A stretch of 64,000 nt of DNA, from positions 1-64,000 of IMG/VR virus record IMGVR_UViG_3300035180_001778. The stretch is one strand, 5' to 3'. Under the pieces are notes generated by a model. It saw only the letters and a program-made list of their open reading frames with translations, was not told where the DNA came from and did not search any database. Made by a program: the position numbers and the translations under genes. Below are positions 43,252-51,225 of this stretch, piece by piece (the first letter of the stretch is position 1; each line of letters starts with the position of its first letter).

Positions 43252-43256
43252 GTGTA
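43251..43256 (+). promoter_or_regulatory. Class II motif GGTGTA (representative)
   Basis: 10 nt before ATG 43267. Confidence 0.65.
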
Positions 43257-43266
43257 CTAGGGAGAC

Positions 43267-43494
43267 ATGGGCCTGAACCTCAATCTCGTTTCCATGCTGG
43301 GCATGCCGACAAAAGCGGTCTGCCCGCACTGCGAACAGATCAACGAGCTGTACTTCGATGGCTTCGATGTCGAAGGAGTGAAGACTCCAAAGGGCGGAGT
43401 CTTCACTCTCGGCAAAGAGTGCCACACCTGTGAGAAGAACTTCACAGTCGTCTGCAAGTTCGAACCCCCCACCATCTTCATCAAGAAGGCCTGA
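43267..43494 (+). CDS. Zinc-ribbon protein
   Basis: CPHC...CHTC; GGTGTA 10 nt upstream. Confidence 0.75.
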   Translation: MGLNLNLVSMLGMPTKAVCPHCEQINELYFDGFDVEGVKTPKGGVFTLGKECHTCEKNFTVVCKFEPPTIFIKKA

Positions 43495-43495
43495 A

Positions 43496-43930
43496 ATGCT
43501 TCCTCGCCGGGTTATCGTAGATCACGCGCTCGACGTCATGGAGTGCCTCATGCTCCGCCGGCTCGGAGCGGACGAAGCGAATGCTGTGGAGCAGATCGCC
43601 GTTCTGGGGTTGCAGCTCCGGGAGCCCATTCAGAAGCTCGACGATGCTCGTGCGGAGCTGAACAAGCTCTCGGCGCAGTTCCCCAAGGCCACTCCCGAAG
43701 GGAAGGAGGATCTGAAGAAGGCGGCGAACAAGGTCAAGACCATGATCTCGTACTGGGAATCCACGGCTCGTCGGCTCCAGGACGCGATGAAGGAGCACGA
43801 GGGTAGGATCCCCAACATCCCCTCGCCCGACTGTCCGCTTCCTTCGCACCTGACCCCTGACCAGGTCGAGTGGAAGCGGATCCTGCTCCGCCGGGTTCAC
43901 CGTCTCATCGCAGAGGAGAATGGGGGATGA
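43496..43930 (+). CDS. Coiled-coil hypothetical protein
   Basis: ORF in operon. Confidence 0.7.
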   Translation: MLPRRVIVDHALDVMECLMLRRLGADEANAVEQIAVLGLQLREPIQKLDDARAELNKLSAQFPKATPEGKEDLKKAANKVKTMISYWESTARRLQDAMKEHEGRIPNIPSPDCPLPSHLTPDQVEWKRILLRRVHRLIAEENGG

Positions 43931-44244
43931 TTACCTACCCCGGATTCAGCCGCGTTGAATCCGAGAAGCAGCTCTTCATCTGTGAGAACTGCCAGCATGC
44001 TTGGTGGTACGAAACAGGGACGGCTCCTTCCTGTTGCAACGAGCCCAGCCGAGCGGCAACGCCGGAAGAGACTGCTTTGGCCCTGGAGTGCCTCGCGGAA
44101 TCAGATGTTCTTCGGCTCCCACCAGAGAACAAACCTCTTCGTCGTGCTTGGTTGGCACGTTGGCGAGGGCATTGCGAAGTCTGCGGGGAACCGTGGAAAA
44201 ACCACAAATGCCTGAATGGGGTGCGCGTCGGGGAGCCTCGATGA
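43927..44244 (+). CDS. Cys-rich Zn-binding protein (paralog of 44542-44811)
   Basis: MITYPG...ICENC..AWWY...CC; CEVC. Confidence 0.7.
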   Translation: MITYPGFSRVESEKQLFICENCQHAWWYETGTAPSCCNEPSRAATPEETALALECLAESDVLRLPPENKPLRRAWLARWRGHCEVCGEPWKNHKCLNGVRVGEPR

Positions 44245-44249
44245 AACGA

Positions 44250-44277
44250 GTTGATCGTCCCACCCGTTCCCCTGTAG
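44250..44277 (+). promoter_or_regulatory. Class I promoter-like motif
   Basis: N16; N7 to ATG 44285. Confidence 0.8.
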
Positions 44278-44284
44278 GTCCACC

Positions 44285-44779
44285 ATGACGACCCAACTGG
44301 AGGCTGCCCGTCAGGCAGCCCGTGACGAAGTTCTGATTACCCGCGTCCCGAGAGATGGAGGGTACAACGTGCTCCTCGGCCTGGGGAAGCCGTACGAGTT
44401 GTACGTCTGTGTCAACGTCAACCTGGACACGGCCCAGCATCGGGCCCGGATGCTCGCTCACGCGCTCATCTGCACGGCCGACCCCCACTGCCTGATGACC
44501 GAGGTCAACGCGCTCATCGACGGTATCAAGGTGGTCGGAGGATCAAGTATCCCGGCTACAAGGCGAGCAACCCCCGCCACGCTCGCATCGTCATCTGCGA
44601 CAACTGCAAGGAAGCTTGCTGGTACAGCAGCTTCCCCAACCCCCGCTGTGGAAGCTGCCCGTACATCATGCGGGACGGAACCCAGGAAGAGGAAAAGCTC
44701 GCCGAGCAGTGCGCGTCGGAGTGTGAGGTGGCCTACCCCAAAGCCGGAGGCGGCTACCAGCTCTACGACGTCTGGCTGA
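44285..44779 (+). CDS. Hypothetical protein (true stop probably near 44543)
   Basis: Class I promoter; the C-terminal part looks out of frame. Confidence 0.6.
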   Translation: MTTQLEAARQAARDEVLITRVPRDGGYNVLLGLGKPYELYVCVNVNLDTAQHRARMLAHALICTADPHCLMTEVNALIDGIKVVGGSSIPATRRATPATLASSSATTARKLAGTAASPTPAVEAARTSCGTEPRKRKSSPSSARRSVRWPTPKPEAATSSTTSG

Positions 44780-44811
44780 AGAAGTGGCGCCCTGGTGTGC
44801 TCGGACCCTAG
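44542..44811 (+). pseudogene. Start-less paralog of 43927-44244
   Basis: IKYPG...ICDNC..ACWY...C..C...TQEEEKLA..C..E..V...WLKKWR. Confidence 0.65.
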
Positions 44812-44819
44812 AGTACCCC

Positions 44820-45053
44820 ATGCCTAAGATGGACCGGCAGCTTGCCACCAACAAGTTCTTGGACGAAAATCACCCCGGATTGCCCGATTGGGTCCGGGAT
44901 ACGATTGCGTTCAGGGTGGAATACGCCTGGTTGGCGGTTTTGAGGTTCGCCGGGTTCGCCTCCCAAGGGGACGGATTCCGCAACCTCGTTCGCCGCATGA
45001 CCCTTCGGGCTCTCCAGGATTTGGAAGCTGGGGTTCTCGAACGAATCGTGTGA
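44820..45053 (+). CDS. Hypothetical protein
   Basis: ORF in operon. Confidence 0.6.
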   Translation: MPKMDRQLATNKFLDENHPGLPDWVRDTIAFRVEYAWLAVLRFAGFASQGDGFRNLVRRMTLRALQDLEAGVLERIV

Positions 45054-45057
45054 CCTG

Positions 45058-45085
45058 GTTGATCGAGACGGCCCCCAACCTGTAG
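45058..45085 (+). promoter_or_regulatory. Class I promoter-like motif
   Basis: N16; N7 to ATG 45093. Confidence 0.8.
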
Positions 45086-45092
45086 AGGAAGC

Positions 45093-45389
45093 ATGAAACG
45101 TGAAGCCCCTACCTCCGCCGCTGTGAACGACACTGTTGCCAGGTGGTCGGCGAAGCACCCCGACCTCGGTCCCCGTATGGAGCGAGCCAAGGCGCTCGTC
45201 GCCAACGTCAAGCCGGGTCGCTGCGACCACGTCTACTTCGTCGAGTCCGCGCCCACCCAGGACTACATCGTCCGGGTGAACCGCCGTGCCCGGACGTCAA
45301 CCTGCAACTGTCCGGACTCGACCCTTCGGGGCGCCCACTGCAAGCACCGTCTTGCTGCGGCCCTCTTCGAGTCTGCCCACGTCTCCTGA
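45093..45389 (+). CDS. SWIM zinc-finger protein
   Basis: STCNCPD...HCKHRLAA; class I promoter. Confidence 0.8.
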   Translation: MKREAPTSAAVNDTVARWSAKHPDLGPRMERAKALVANVKPGRCDHVYFVESAPTQDYIVRVNRRARTSTCNCPDSTLRGAHCKHRLAAALFESAHVS

Positions 45390-45409
45390 ACCCCGGAAAG
45401 AACCCTCCC

Positions 45410-46096
45410 ATGCTTCGAGAAGTATTCAACATCTCCCGTCAGGACAACACGATTCCGGAGACCCTCGCATTCAGCGCGAGGGTCCTCCACGAAGTGGCTC
45501 TCCCGATCGATCTCGCAACCGTGCTCCGAAAGTCCTGTAACAACTACACCAAGATCCGGTTCACCTCCCTGGAGTCGACCCCTCTCGCTCTGGGGCTCAA
45601 GGTCTACTGGATCGCTGAGCTGGGGGCTATCGTCATCACGGGCCGGATCGCCAGTGCTGGAAACGAGTACAAATCTCCGCCGCGAGGTAACCGCGTCTAC
45701 GGCGAGGGCAAGAAGTGCCTCAACACGACTTCCGCCACCCCGGATGTGGTGGACGAGATCCCGGGCGGCCGGTCGTACATGCGAATCATCCCCGAGGACA
45801 ACTTCTACGCGGCAACGGCCCGCGTCGTGGCCCTGGTCGAAGAGGAAGGACAGCGCATCCGGAACCTCCTCGCCGGTAAGCTCAACCCGACCTCGAACGA
45901 GAAGGGTTTTCAGGAAGCCCTGACCGAGGAAGCTCTCGGTCTTCTGGTGAAGGACCGCCCGATCCTGGAGAAAGAGGAGCCCATGCCGGCTCCGGAACCC
46001 GCTCCGGAGGATCTCGCGACCCTTCCGGAACCGGCGAAGCCCGCGGAGCCCTTCTTCTACCCGCCCAAGGCCGAAGACCCCTTCGCCAAGTCGTAG
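45410..46096 (+). CDS. Hypothetical protein
   Basis: 228-aa GC3-rich ORF. Confidence 0.75.
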   Translation: MLREVFNISRQDNTIPETLAFSARVLHEVALPIDLATVLRKSCNNYTKIRFTSLESTPLALGLKVYWIAELGAIVITGRIASAGNEYKSPPRGNRVYGEGKKCLNTTSATPDVVDEIPGGRSYMRIIPEDNFYAATARVVALVEEEGQRIRNLLAGKLNPTSNEKGFQEALTEEALGLLVKDRPILEKEEPMPAPEPAPEDLATLPEPAKPAEPFFYPPKAEDPFAKS

Positions 46097-46199
46097 ACGC
46101 AAAGTTGGCCTGGGGGGGCCAACCTTCTACCCTACCTACATGGTCAAGCTCACCGCCACGATTCAGATCGACGCCCCGCCGGATGCTCCCGCCGCCGAG

Positions 46200-46589
46200 T
46201 TAGGCGACGTCCTCAAGCAGATCCGGAACATCGTCCTCCCCGAAGGATGGACCATCAAAATCGGACCCGTCGAGATCAATGCCCCGGTCCGCGTCATCCG
46301 CAAGAAAACCAGGTAGAAGCCCATCGTGGACTTCCCGGTGACAGCGGCAGCAAAGAAGCACGCACCTGTCTAGCTCGGGTCGGATCACCTTCCAAGAGGT
46401 CATCCGACCCGAGATGGTGAAGTCCTTCTCTCGGGGGTCCACATGGTGGAAGTCGAAAGCTGTGACGCAGCGATCGTACCCACACTTGGGGTTCATGCAG
46501 CGACCCCCAAGATACGAGACAGCCTTTTCGCGTAGCGCTCGACGGCGTAGCGATGTTTTCAACCGACGATCGGTGTAAGGATCAGCCAT
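46200..46589 (-). CDS. HNH endonuclease with acidic tail
   Basis: GGRC..CGY...FDFHH.DP..K...C.LLC..CHREVH. Confidence 0.75.
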   Translation of the reverse strand: MADPYTDRRLKTSLRRRALREKAVSYLGGRCMNPKCGYDRCVTAFDFHHVDPREKDFTISGRMTSWKVIRPELDRCVLLCCRCHREVHDGLLPGFLADDADRGIDLDGSDFDGPSFGEDDVPDLLEDVA

Positions 46590-46998
46590 GAATTTCGAGG
46601 ATTTCGAGGATGAGGTGCCGCCGACCTGCGAGTCTCGCTATCACGATAGGGTCGAGAAGTTCGTTCAAGACGGTACACCGAACCCGCGACTTCGCCACCA
46701 CCTCTTGTGGCTGGCGCACAACTGCGTCGCTCACCCTCTCCTGGGGGTCCTCCCGAACATGAGGACGGTCGAGCTGCATACGGTCACCTCGAACTGGCTC
46801 AACAAGAACCGCGCGATGCGTGACCTGGTTCCGATGTTCACCGAGATGCGCCTCAAGGAGATCCCCACGAAGCCCGATAAGTGGTGGGTGCTCCACAACG
46901 TGGCCGCGCACATTGCCATCGGCCTCGCTCCCATCAAGCCCTGCTTCGACTTCCACGACTGTAGCGCGAAGAAGATGAACGTGCCGGGGTGGGTCTGA
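46588..46998 (+). CDS. Hypothetical protein with duplicated HN..AH motif
   Basis: GGTGTA 10 nt upstream. Confidence 0.75.
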   Translation: MNFEDFEDEVPPTCESRYHDRVEKFVQDGTPNPRLRHHLLWLAHNCVAHPLLGVLPNMRTVELHTVTSNWLNKNRAMRDLVPMFTEMRLKEIPTKPDKWWVLHNVAAHIAIGLAPIKPCFDFHDCSAKKMNVPGWV

Positions 46999-47462
46999 TG
47001 AGCACCCGAGGTTGCGTGGCAGTGGGCAATTACTCCCAGTGGCAAGGCGTCTACAACCACTGCGATTCGTACCCCACAGGTCTTGGGAAAGAGTTGTGGG
47101 ATTGGGTGCAACAGGCCGGCAAAACGGGTCTGGGTTTTGACTCCCATCTCAAACTCTTGCTCAAATCGAAGAGGTGGGAAGCCTTCGTTGGCAAGAGGGA
47201 GGTAGACGAATCTGAACCCTTGATGACCAGTGAGAGATACAACTTCGATATCAGGTGGATCTATATCATCGACCCCCAAGCAGACACCCTGATCGTCTCT
47301 TACCGCAATGGGGAGGGTGGGCGGGACTCCTACGCTTTCCCGCTGGCTGGGCCCGAACCCGACTGGGCCGAACTCGAACAATGGGTGGGGAAGAACACGA
47401 CGCCGTCCACCCCGGAGCCCCCCAAGACCTTCTGGGACCAGCTCAACACGGACGAGCTGTGA
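46998..47462 (+). CDS. Hypothetical protein with tag (KTFWDQLNTDEL)
   Basis: MSTRG...YNHCDSYPTGLG; TGATG overlap. Confidence 0.75.
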   Translation: MSTRGCVAVGNYSQWQGVYNHCDSYPTGLGKELWDWVQQAGKTGLGFDSHLKLLLKSKRWEAFVGKREVDESEPLMTSERYNFDIRWIYIIDPQADTLIVSYRNGEGGRDSYAFPLAGPEPDWAELEQWVGKNTTPSTPEPPKTFWDQLNTDEL

Positions 47463-47662
47463 GACTCCGTTTCAAATTCAAGGCGGCGGAGCAGGCGCAG
47501 ACTCTCTTCACGTCGTCAAAGACGACCCCCGTTGTGGGTGACGTGATCAAGGTGTACGACAAGGCGACGTGGTCGGGGAACAAGCCCACCTTGGTGCGGG
47601 TCGTCGAGATCGTCACGCACATCAAAGGCGGGGACATCTTCATCATTGAATATCTGGTGTAG
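47459..47662 (+). CDS. Small hypothetical protein
   Basis: GTGA overlap; its stop coincides with a GGTGTAG motif. Confidence 0.6.
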   Translation: MRLRFKFKAAEQAQTLFTSSKTTPVVGDVIKVYDKATWSGNKPTLVRVVEIVTHIKGGDIFIIEYLV

Positions 47663-47670
47663 GCTCGGGT

Positions 47671-48336
47671 ATGCCCGAGCTTCCCTACGATCCTTCGAGC
47701 GACTTCCACATCATCGGCTGTGATGAGGCTGGCTACGGAAGCTGGGCTGGGCCTCTTGTCGCTGCGGTCGTGATCGCCCCAGCGGGTTGGTGTGGCTCGC
47801 CTCGGATTCGGGACTCGAAAGACCTCACGGAGAAGAGGCGCAAGCTCGCTTTTGACGAGCTGATGGCCGACCCCTCCATCAACTGGCTCTGGCGCTTCTC
47901 GGACTCGGTCGAGATCGACGCGAAAGGGGTCTACGTGTGTCTTTGCCAGATGCACACGGCCAACGTCGCATGGGCACAGGCTCTCATGAAGGAGAGCCAC
48001 CCGGGCTCGACCATGGCCATCGTGGATGGGAACCTCAAGATTGAAGGGGCTCGGAGCATACACAAAGCGGACAGCTTCATCCCGGCGGTCTCCGCTGCCA
48101 GCATCATCGCCAAGACCATTCAGAGCGAGATGATGATCGAGATGGGCAAGCTCTACCCCGAGTATGGCTTCGAGCAGCACAAGGGCTACGGCGGAGACGA
48201 CGCCCACCAACACACGCGGGCTCTTCAGGCGCACGGACCTTGCTCGATCCACAGGCGAAGCTACGAACCCGTGGCCCGAGTCCTCCGGGAGCGGTCCGTG
48301 GATGAGCCGCTCCTTTCTTGGGAGGTCGACCTGTAA
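47671..48336 (+). CDS. rnhB: Ribonuclease HII
   Basis: GCDEAGYG..AGPLVAA, DSKDL, DGN, KAD...VSAASIIAK, HKGYG, IHRRSY. Confidence 0.92.
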   Translation: MPELPYDPSSDFHIIGCDEAGYGSWAGPLVAAVVIAPAGWCGSPRIRDSKDLTEKRRKLAFDELMADPSINWLWRFSDSVEIDAKGVYVCLCQMHTANVAWAQALMKESHPGSTMAIVDGNLKIEGARSIHKADSFIPAVSAASIIAKTIQSEMMIEMGKLYPEYGFEQHKGYGGDDAHQHTRALQAHGPCSIHRRSYEPVARVLRERSVDEPLLSWEVDL

Positions 48337-48342
48337 TTCCAG

Positions 48343-48370
48343 GTTGATCCCCAAGCTGGTCGTCCTGTAG
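48343..48370 (+). promoter_or_regulatory. Class I promoter-like motif
   Basis: N16; N7 to ATG 48378. Confidence 0.8.
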
Positions 48371-48377
48371 GAGATCC

Positions 48378-48719
48378 ATGCGTAACACCGGCAAGCTCAT
48401 CGCCTTCCCCGAGTTCGGCTGCTTCATGATGGTGAAGGAGGGACCCCTCCCCGCTGAAGTGCCCATCGAGTTCGAGGACATCTGGCTGGACGGCACCCTT
48501 CTGACGTGCGCGATGTTCAACGACAACACCCCCGACATCGAGAACATCGGGGAGTTCGAGATCATCTGCGGGCACGTCGTGAACGCGGCCAACAAGACGT
48601 TCGGCACCACCTTCGTCTGCGAGGACTTCAACCAAATGGGGGTCGAGAGTCACGCCAGCGACCCCTGTGAGTGCCGCGAGGAAGCTCGGGCTCTGCACTC
48701 GGACGGCGTGGGGAACTGA
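48378..48719 (+). CDS. Hypothetical protein
   Basis: Class I promoter. Confidence 0.8.
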   Translation: MRNTGKLIAFPEFGCFMMVKEGPLPAEVPIEFEDIWLDGTLLTCAMFNDNTPDIENIGEFEIICGHVVNAANKTFGTTFVCEDFNQMGVESHASDPCECREEARALHSDGVGN

Positions 48720-48721
48720 CC

Positions 48722-49022
48722 ATGATCAAAGCAAGCGAAATCGAAGAGCGCGTCCGCGTCGTGGACGCGCAAATCATCAAGCAGGGGAGGAACACATCGA
48801 TCGGGTGATCGAAACGGATTGGCAGCCGGGGTCAACGATCCTCGTCAGCTTCGATCAGCAGTTCACGTCTCGTATCCTCGACGAGCTGAAGTCGAGGATA
48901 CGAGACCGAAGGCGGGTGGCACGTCGAGAAGGGCGGGGGCGACCAGAGGGATGAGGGATGGTGGCTACTGGCTCAAGCTCACGAAGCGTGTGGCCTCCGC
49001 CAGCAGCTTCTACGAACGATAG
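48722..49022 (+). pseudogene. Hypothetical gene with three apparent lesions
   Basis: G4 at 48784-48787, an extra base near 48898 and a 7-bp duplication at 48946-48959; repaired text reads MIKASEIEER...DQRDGGYWLKL...FYER*. Confidence 0.55.
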
Positions 49023-49043
49023 GCGGTGTAGCCGGGGGAGGGC

Positions 49044-49976
49044 ATGTCCTCCCCCGCGCGCCCCTTTCTCAAATGGGTTGGTGGCAAGACCACCCTTCTA
49101 TCCTTCCTCCTCAAGACCTACCCCAAGAAGATCGGGACCTACTACGAACCCTTCCTTGGGGGTGGCGCTAGTTTCTGGGCGCTCGCTCAAGAGAAGAGGT
49201 TCGAGAAGGCCGTCCTGACCGACTTGAATGCCGAGCTGGTCAACGCATACCTGATGGTCGGCGGCTTCGGTGAAGAGGTGATTCGAGACCTTCTTGCGGT
49301 ACAAACCGCGTATCGCATCGCCCCCAAGGAAACGTTCACGACCTGGCGGCAGATGGACCCGGCGCTTCTGGAGCCGGTCACCCGAGCTGTCAGGATGATC
49401 TTCCTGAATAAGACCTGCTTCAACGGCTTGTACCGGACCAACAAGAAGGGGCAGTTCAACTCTCCCTGGGGGAAAGAAGAGAACGCCTCGATTTGCGATG
49501 GGGCCAATATCTCGGCTTGTGCGGAGGTCCTCCGGAGGGTCGATTCGACACTGGACGGACTCACCATTCAGCACAAGCCGTGGTGGCAAGAGGTCTCTCA
49601 GGCTCAGCCGGGGGACCTCGTCTACTTCGATCCCCCCTACGTGCCGGTCTCTGACACCGCGAGCTTCACGGGATACACTTCAGAGGGCTTCCCTGAAGCG
49701 GAACAGAGAGCCCTCGCCAAGAGCTTCTCTGAGCTGGCAGAACGTGGGGTGGCCGTCGTCCTCTCGAACTCGGATACGCCCCTTGTGAGAGAGCTGTACG
49801 AGGGGTGGGAAATTCACGAGGTGAAGATGGGGCGCTCTATCAACTCGGACGGAGCGAAGCGCGAAGCTGTGGGCGAAGTGGTCGTGGTGGGTCGCCGGGA
49901 CGGACTCACCCCTTTCATCTCGGAGCACCAAGAAGACCCCTTCGCCTACATGAACGCCCTCATGGAAGAGTTCTAG
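49044..49976 (+). CDS. dam: Dam-like (D12 class) N6-adenine DNA methyltransferase
   Basis: FLKWVGGK, EPFLGGG, FNGLYR.NKKG.FN.P.G, YFDPPY. Confidence 0.9.
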   Translation: MSSPARPFLKWVGGKTTLLSFLLKTYPKKIGTYYEPFLGGGASFWALAQEKRFEKAVLTDLNAELVNAYLMVGGFGEEVIRDLLAVQTAYRIAPKETFTTWRQMDPALLEPVTRAVRMIFLNKTCFNGLYRTNKKGQFNSPWGKEENASICDGANISACAEVLRRVDSTLDGLTIQHKPWWQEVSQAQPGDLVYFDPPYVPVSDTASFTGYTSEGFPEAEQRALAKSFSELAERGVAVVLSNSDTPLVRELYEGWEIHEVKMGRSINSDGAKREAVGEVVVVGRRDGLTPFISEHQEDPFAYMNALMEEF

Positions 49977-51225
49977 CGAACTTGACCTTCCCAGGGATGG
50001 CGATGTGGAGCCAGTGTCGGACTTGCTCCGGCACTCGGCCGGGACCGTAGGCGACCATGAGCCCAATGGCCTCGCAGAAGGCCTCCTCGGGGTTCTTGTT
50101 GGCGTAGGCTGTGATGGGTGTCGAGGGGACTCGAACGGTCTTGGTGCCCTCTGAGAGGAGCTTCTCGAAGTCGTCTCGGTTGAAGCGGTCGTGCAGGTAG
50201 GCACGGTCGTGAGACAGCGCATCGAGCTGGAGCGCAAGAACGGGGTCCGATGTCTCCAGGTGCTTCATCAGCGAATGCGTGAAATGTCCGACGTTGGGGG
50301 GCCACTTGCTCAACAGCTCGGCGATGTCGAGTTCCTTCAGGTCCCCGCTGATCACGGCGTACCAGAAGTCGCTCCCATCCTTGCCGAGGTGCTTGAACAG
50401 GTGGTGGCCCATCTCGTGAGCCATCACATGGGTTGCCCACTCGGGCCGTTCTGAGATCAAGGAGGCCGTCGAGAGAGTGATGGTGCCGTCTCCGTTGTAG
50501 CGGCCCCCCTCATCGAGGGTCATCCCGAAGTCCAGGATGACCGGGAGCTGGTTCTGGATCAACCAGGGGAGAATCTTGGCGGCTTTGGTCTTGTAGTCCT
50601 GGAGCCCCTGCTTCAGCTTCGAGAGAACCTTCTCATTCCAATGCGTATCGGACAAGTCGGTTCGATCGGACTTGAACCCGTGCATGATCACCTGGAATCC
50701 TTCCAAGGTGATCGTCTCATCCTTCGGGACATCAACAGGGATTTCGGGCGCCATCCCATTTGTCTTGAGCATCTCGAAGACTTCACGCATCGCTGTCCAG
50801 AAGACTCGGGCTTTGGCTTGAACGCGAGCCTTCCACTTGGGGGCATTGCGCTCGAACTCCAAGAACCGGCTCTCCTCGGAGTAATACTCGTTGGCAAACC
50901 CGATGGGCATGCTCTTCAGCTCCGACATCCATGTCCAAGCGACCGCACGAGTCTTGTGGTCGATCCAAGAGACATCGTGTCCTGTTGCCTTGGAAATGTC
51001 GTACTTGACGGCGTCCCCAAGGAAGTGCTTGAAGAACATGTCATCGAACCGATTGGAGTAGATCCGAATCGCTACCCGCAGCTCATGCGCTGTCTTGTAG
51101 TCTTTGACCAGGGGTATGTTCTTGACCAGCGTCAAGAAGTCCTTCCGGAGCTTCTCGATGAGAGCAAGGTCGACCATGACCTTGTCGGCGATCAGGAACC
51201 TGGCGAGAACTCGGTGAGCGATCAT
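49960..51225 (-). CDS. Zincin metallopeptidase-like protein with N-terminal RVLARF motif
   Basis: HEMGH; PITAYANKNPEEAFCE. Confidence 0.8.
   Translation of the reverse strand: MIAHRVLARFLIADKVMVDLALIEKLRKDFLTLVKNIPLVKDYKTAHELRVAIRIYSNRFDDMFFKHFLGDAVKYDISKATGHDVSWIDHKTRAVAWTWMSELKSMPIGFANEYYSEESRFLEFERNAPKWKARVQAKARVFWTAMREVFEMLKTNGMAPEIPVDVPKDETITLEGFQVIMHGFKSDRTDLSDTHWNEKVLSKLKQGLQDYKTKAAKILPWLIQNQLPVILDFGMTLDEGGRYNGDGTITLSTASLISERPEWATHVMAHEMGHHLFKHLGKDGSDFWYAVISGDLKELDIAELLSKWPPNVGHFTHSLMKHLETSDPVLALQLDALSHDRAYLHDRFNRDDFEKLLSEGTKTVRVPSTPITAYANKNPEEAFCEAIGLMVAYGPGRVPEQVRHWLHIAIPGKVKFARTLP

Noticed and set aside
46104-46123. Hairpin GTTGGCC/GGCCAAC as a terminator
   Set aside because: Only a 7-bp stem with no convincing U-tract.
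46140-46316. Plus-strand ORF MVKLTATIQ...
   Set aside because: Largely the in-register antisense of the acidic HNH tail, with no promoter motif or SD.
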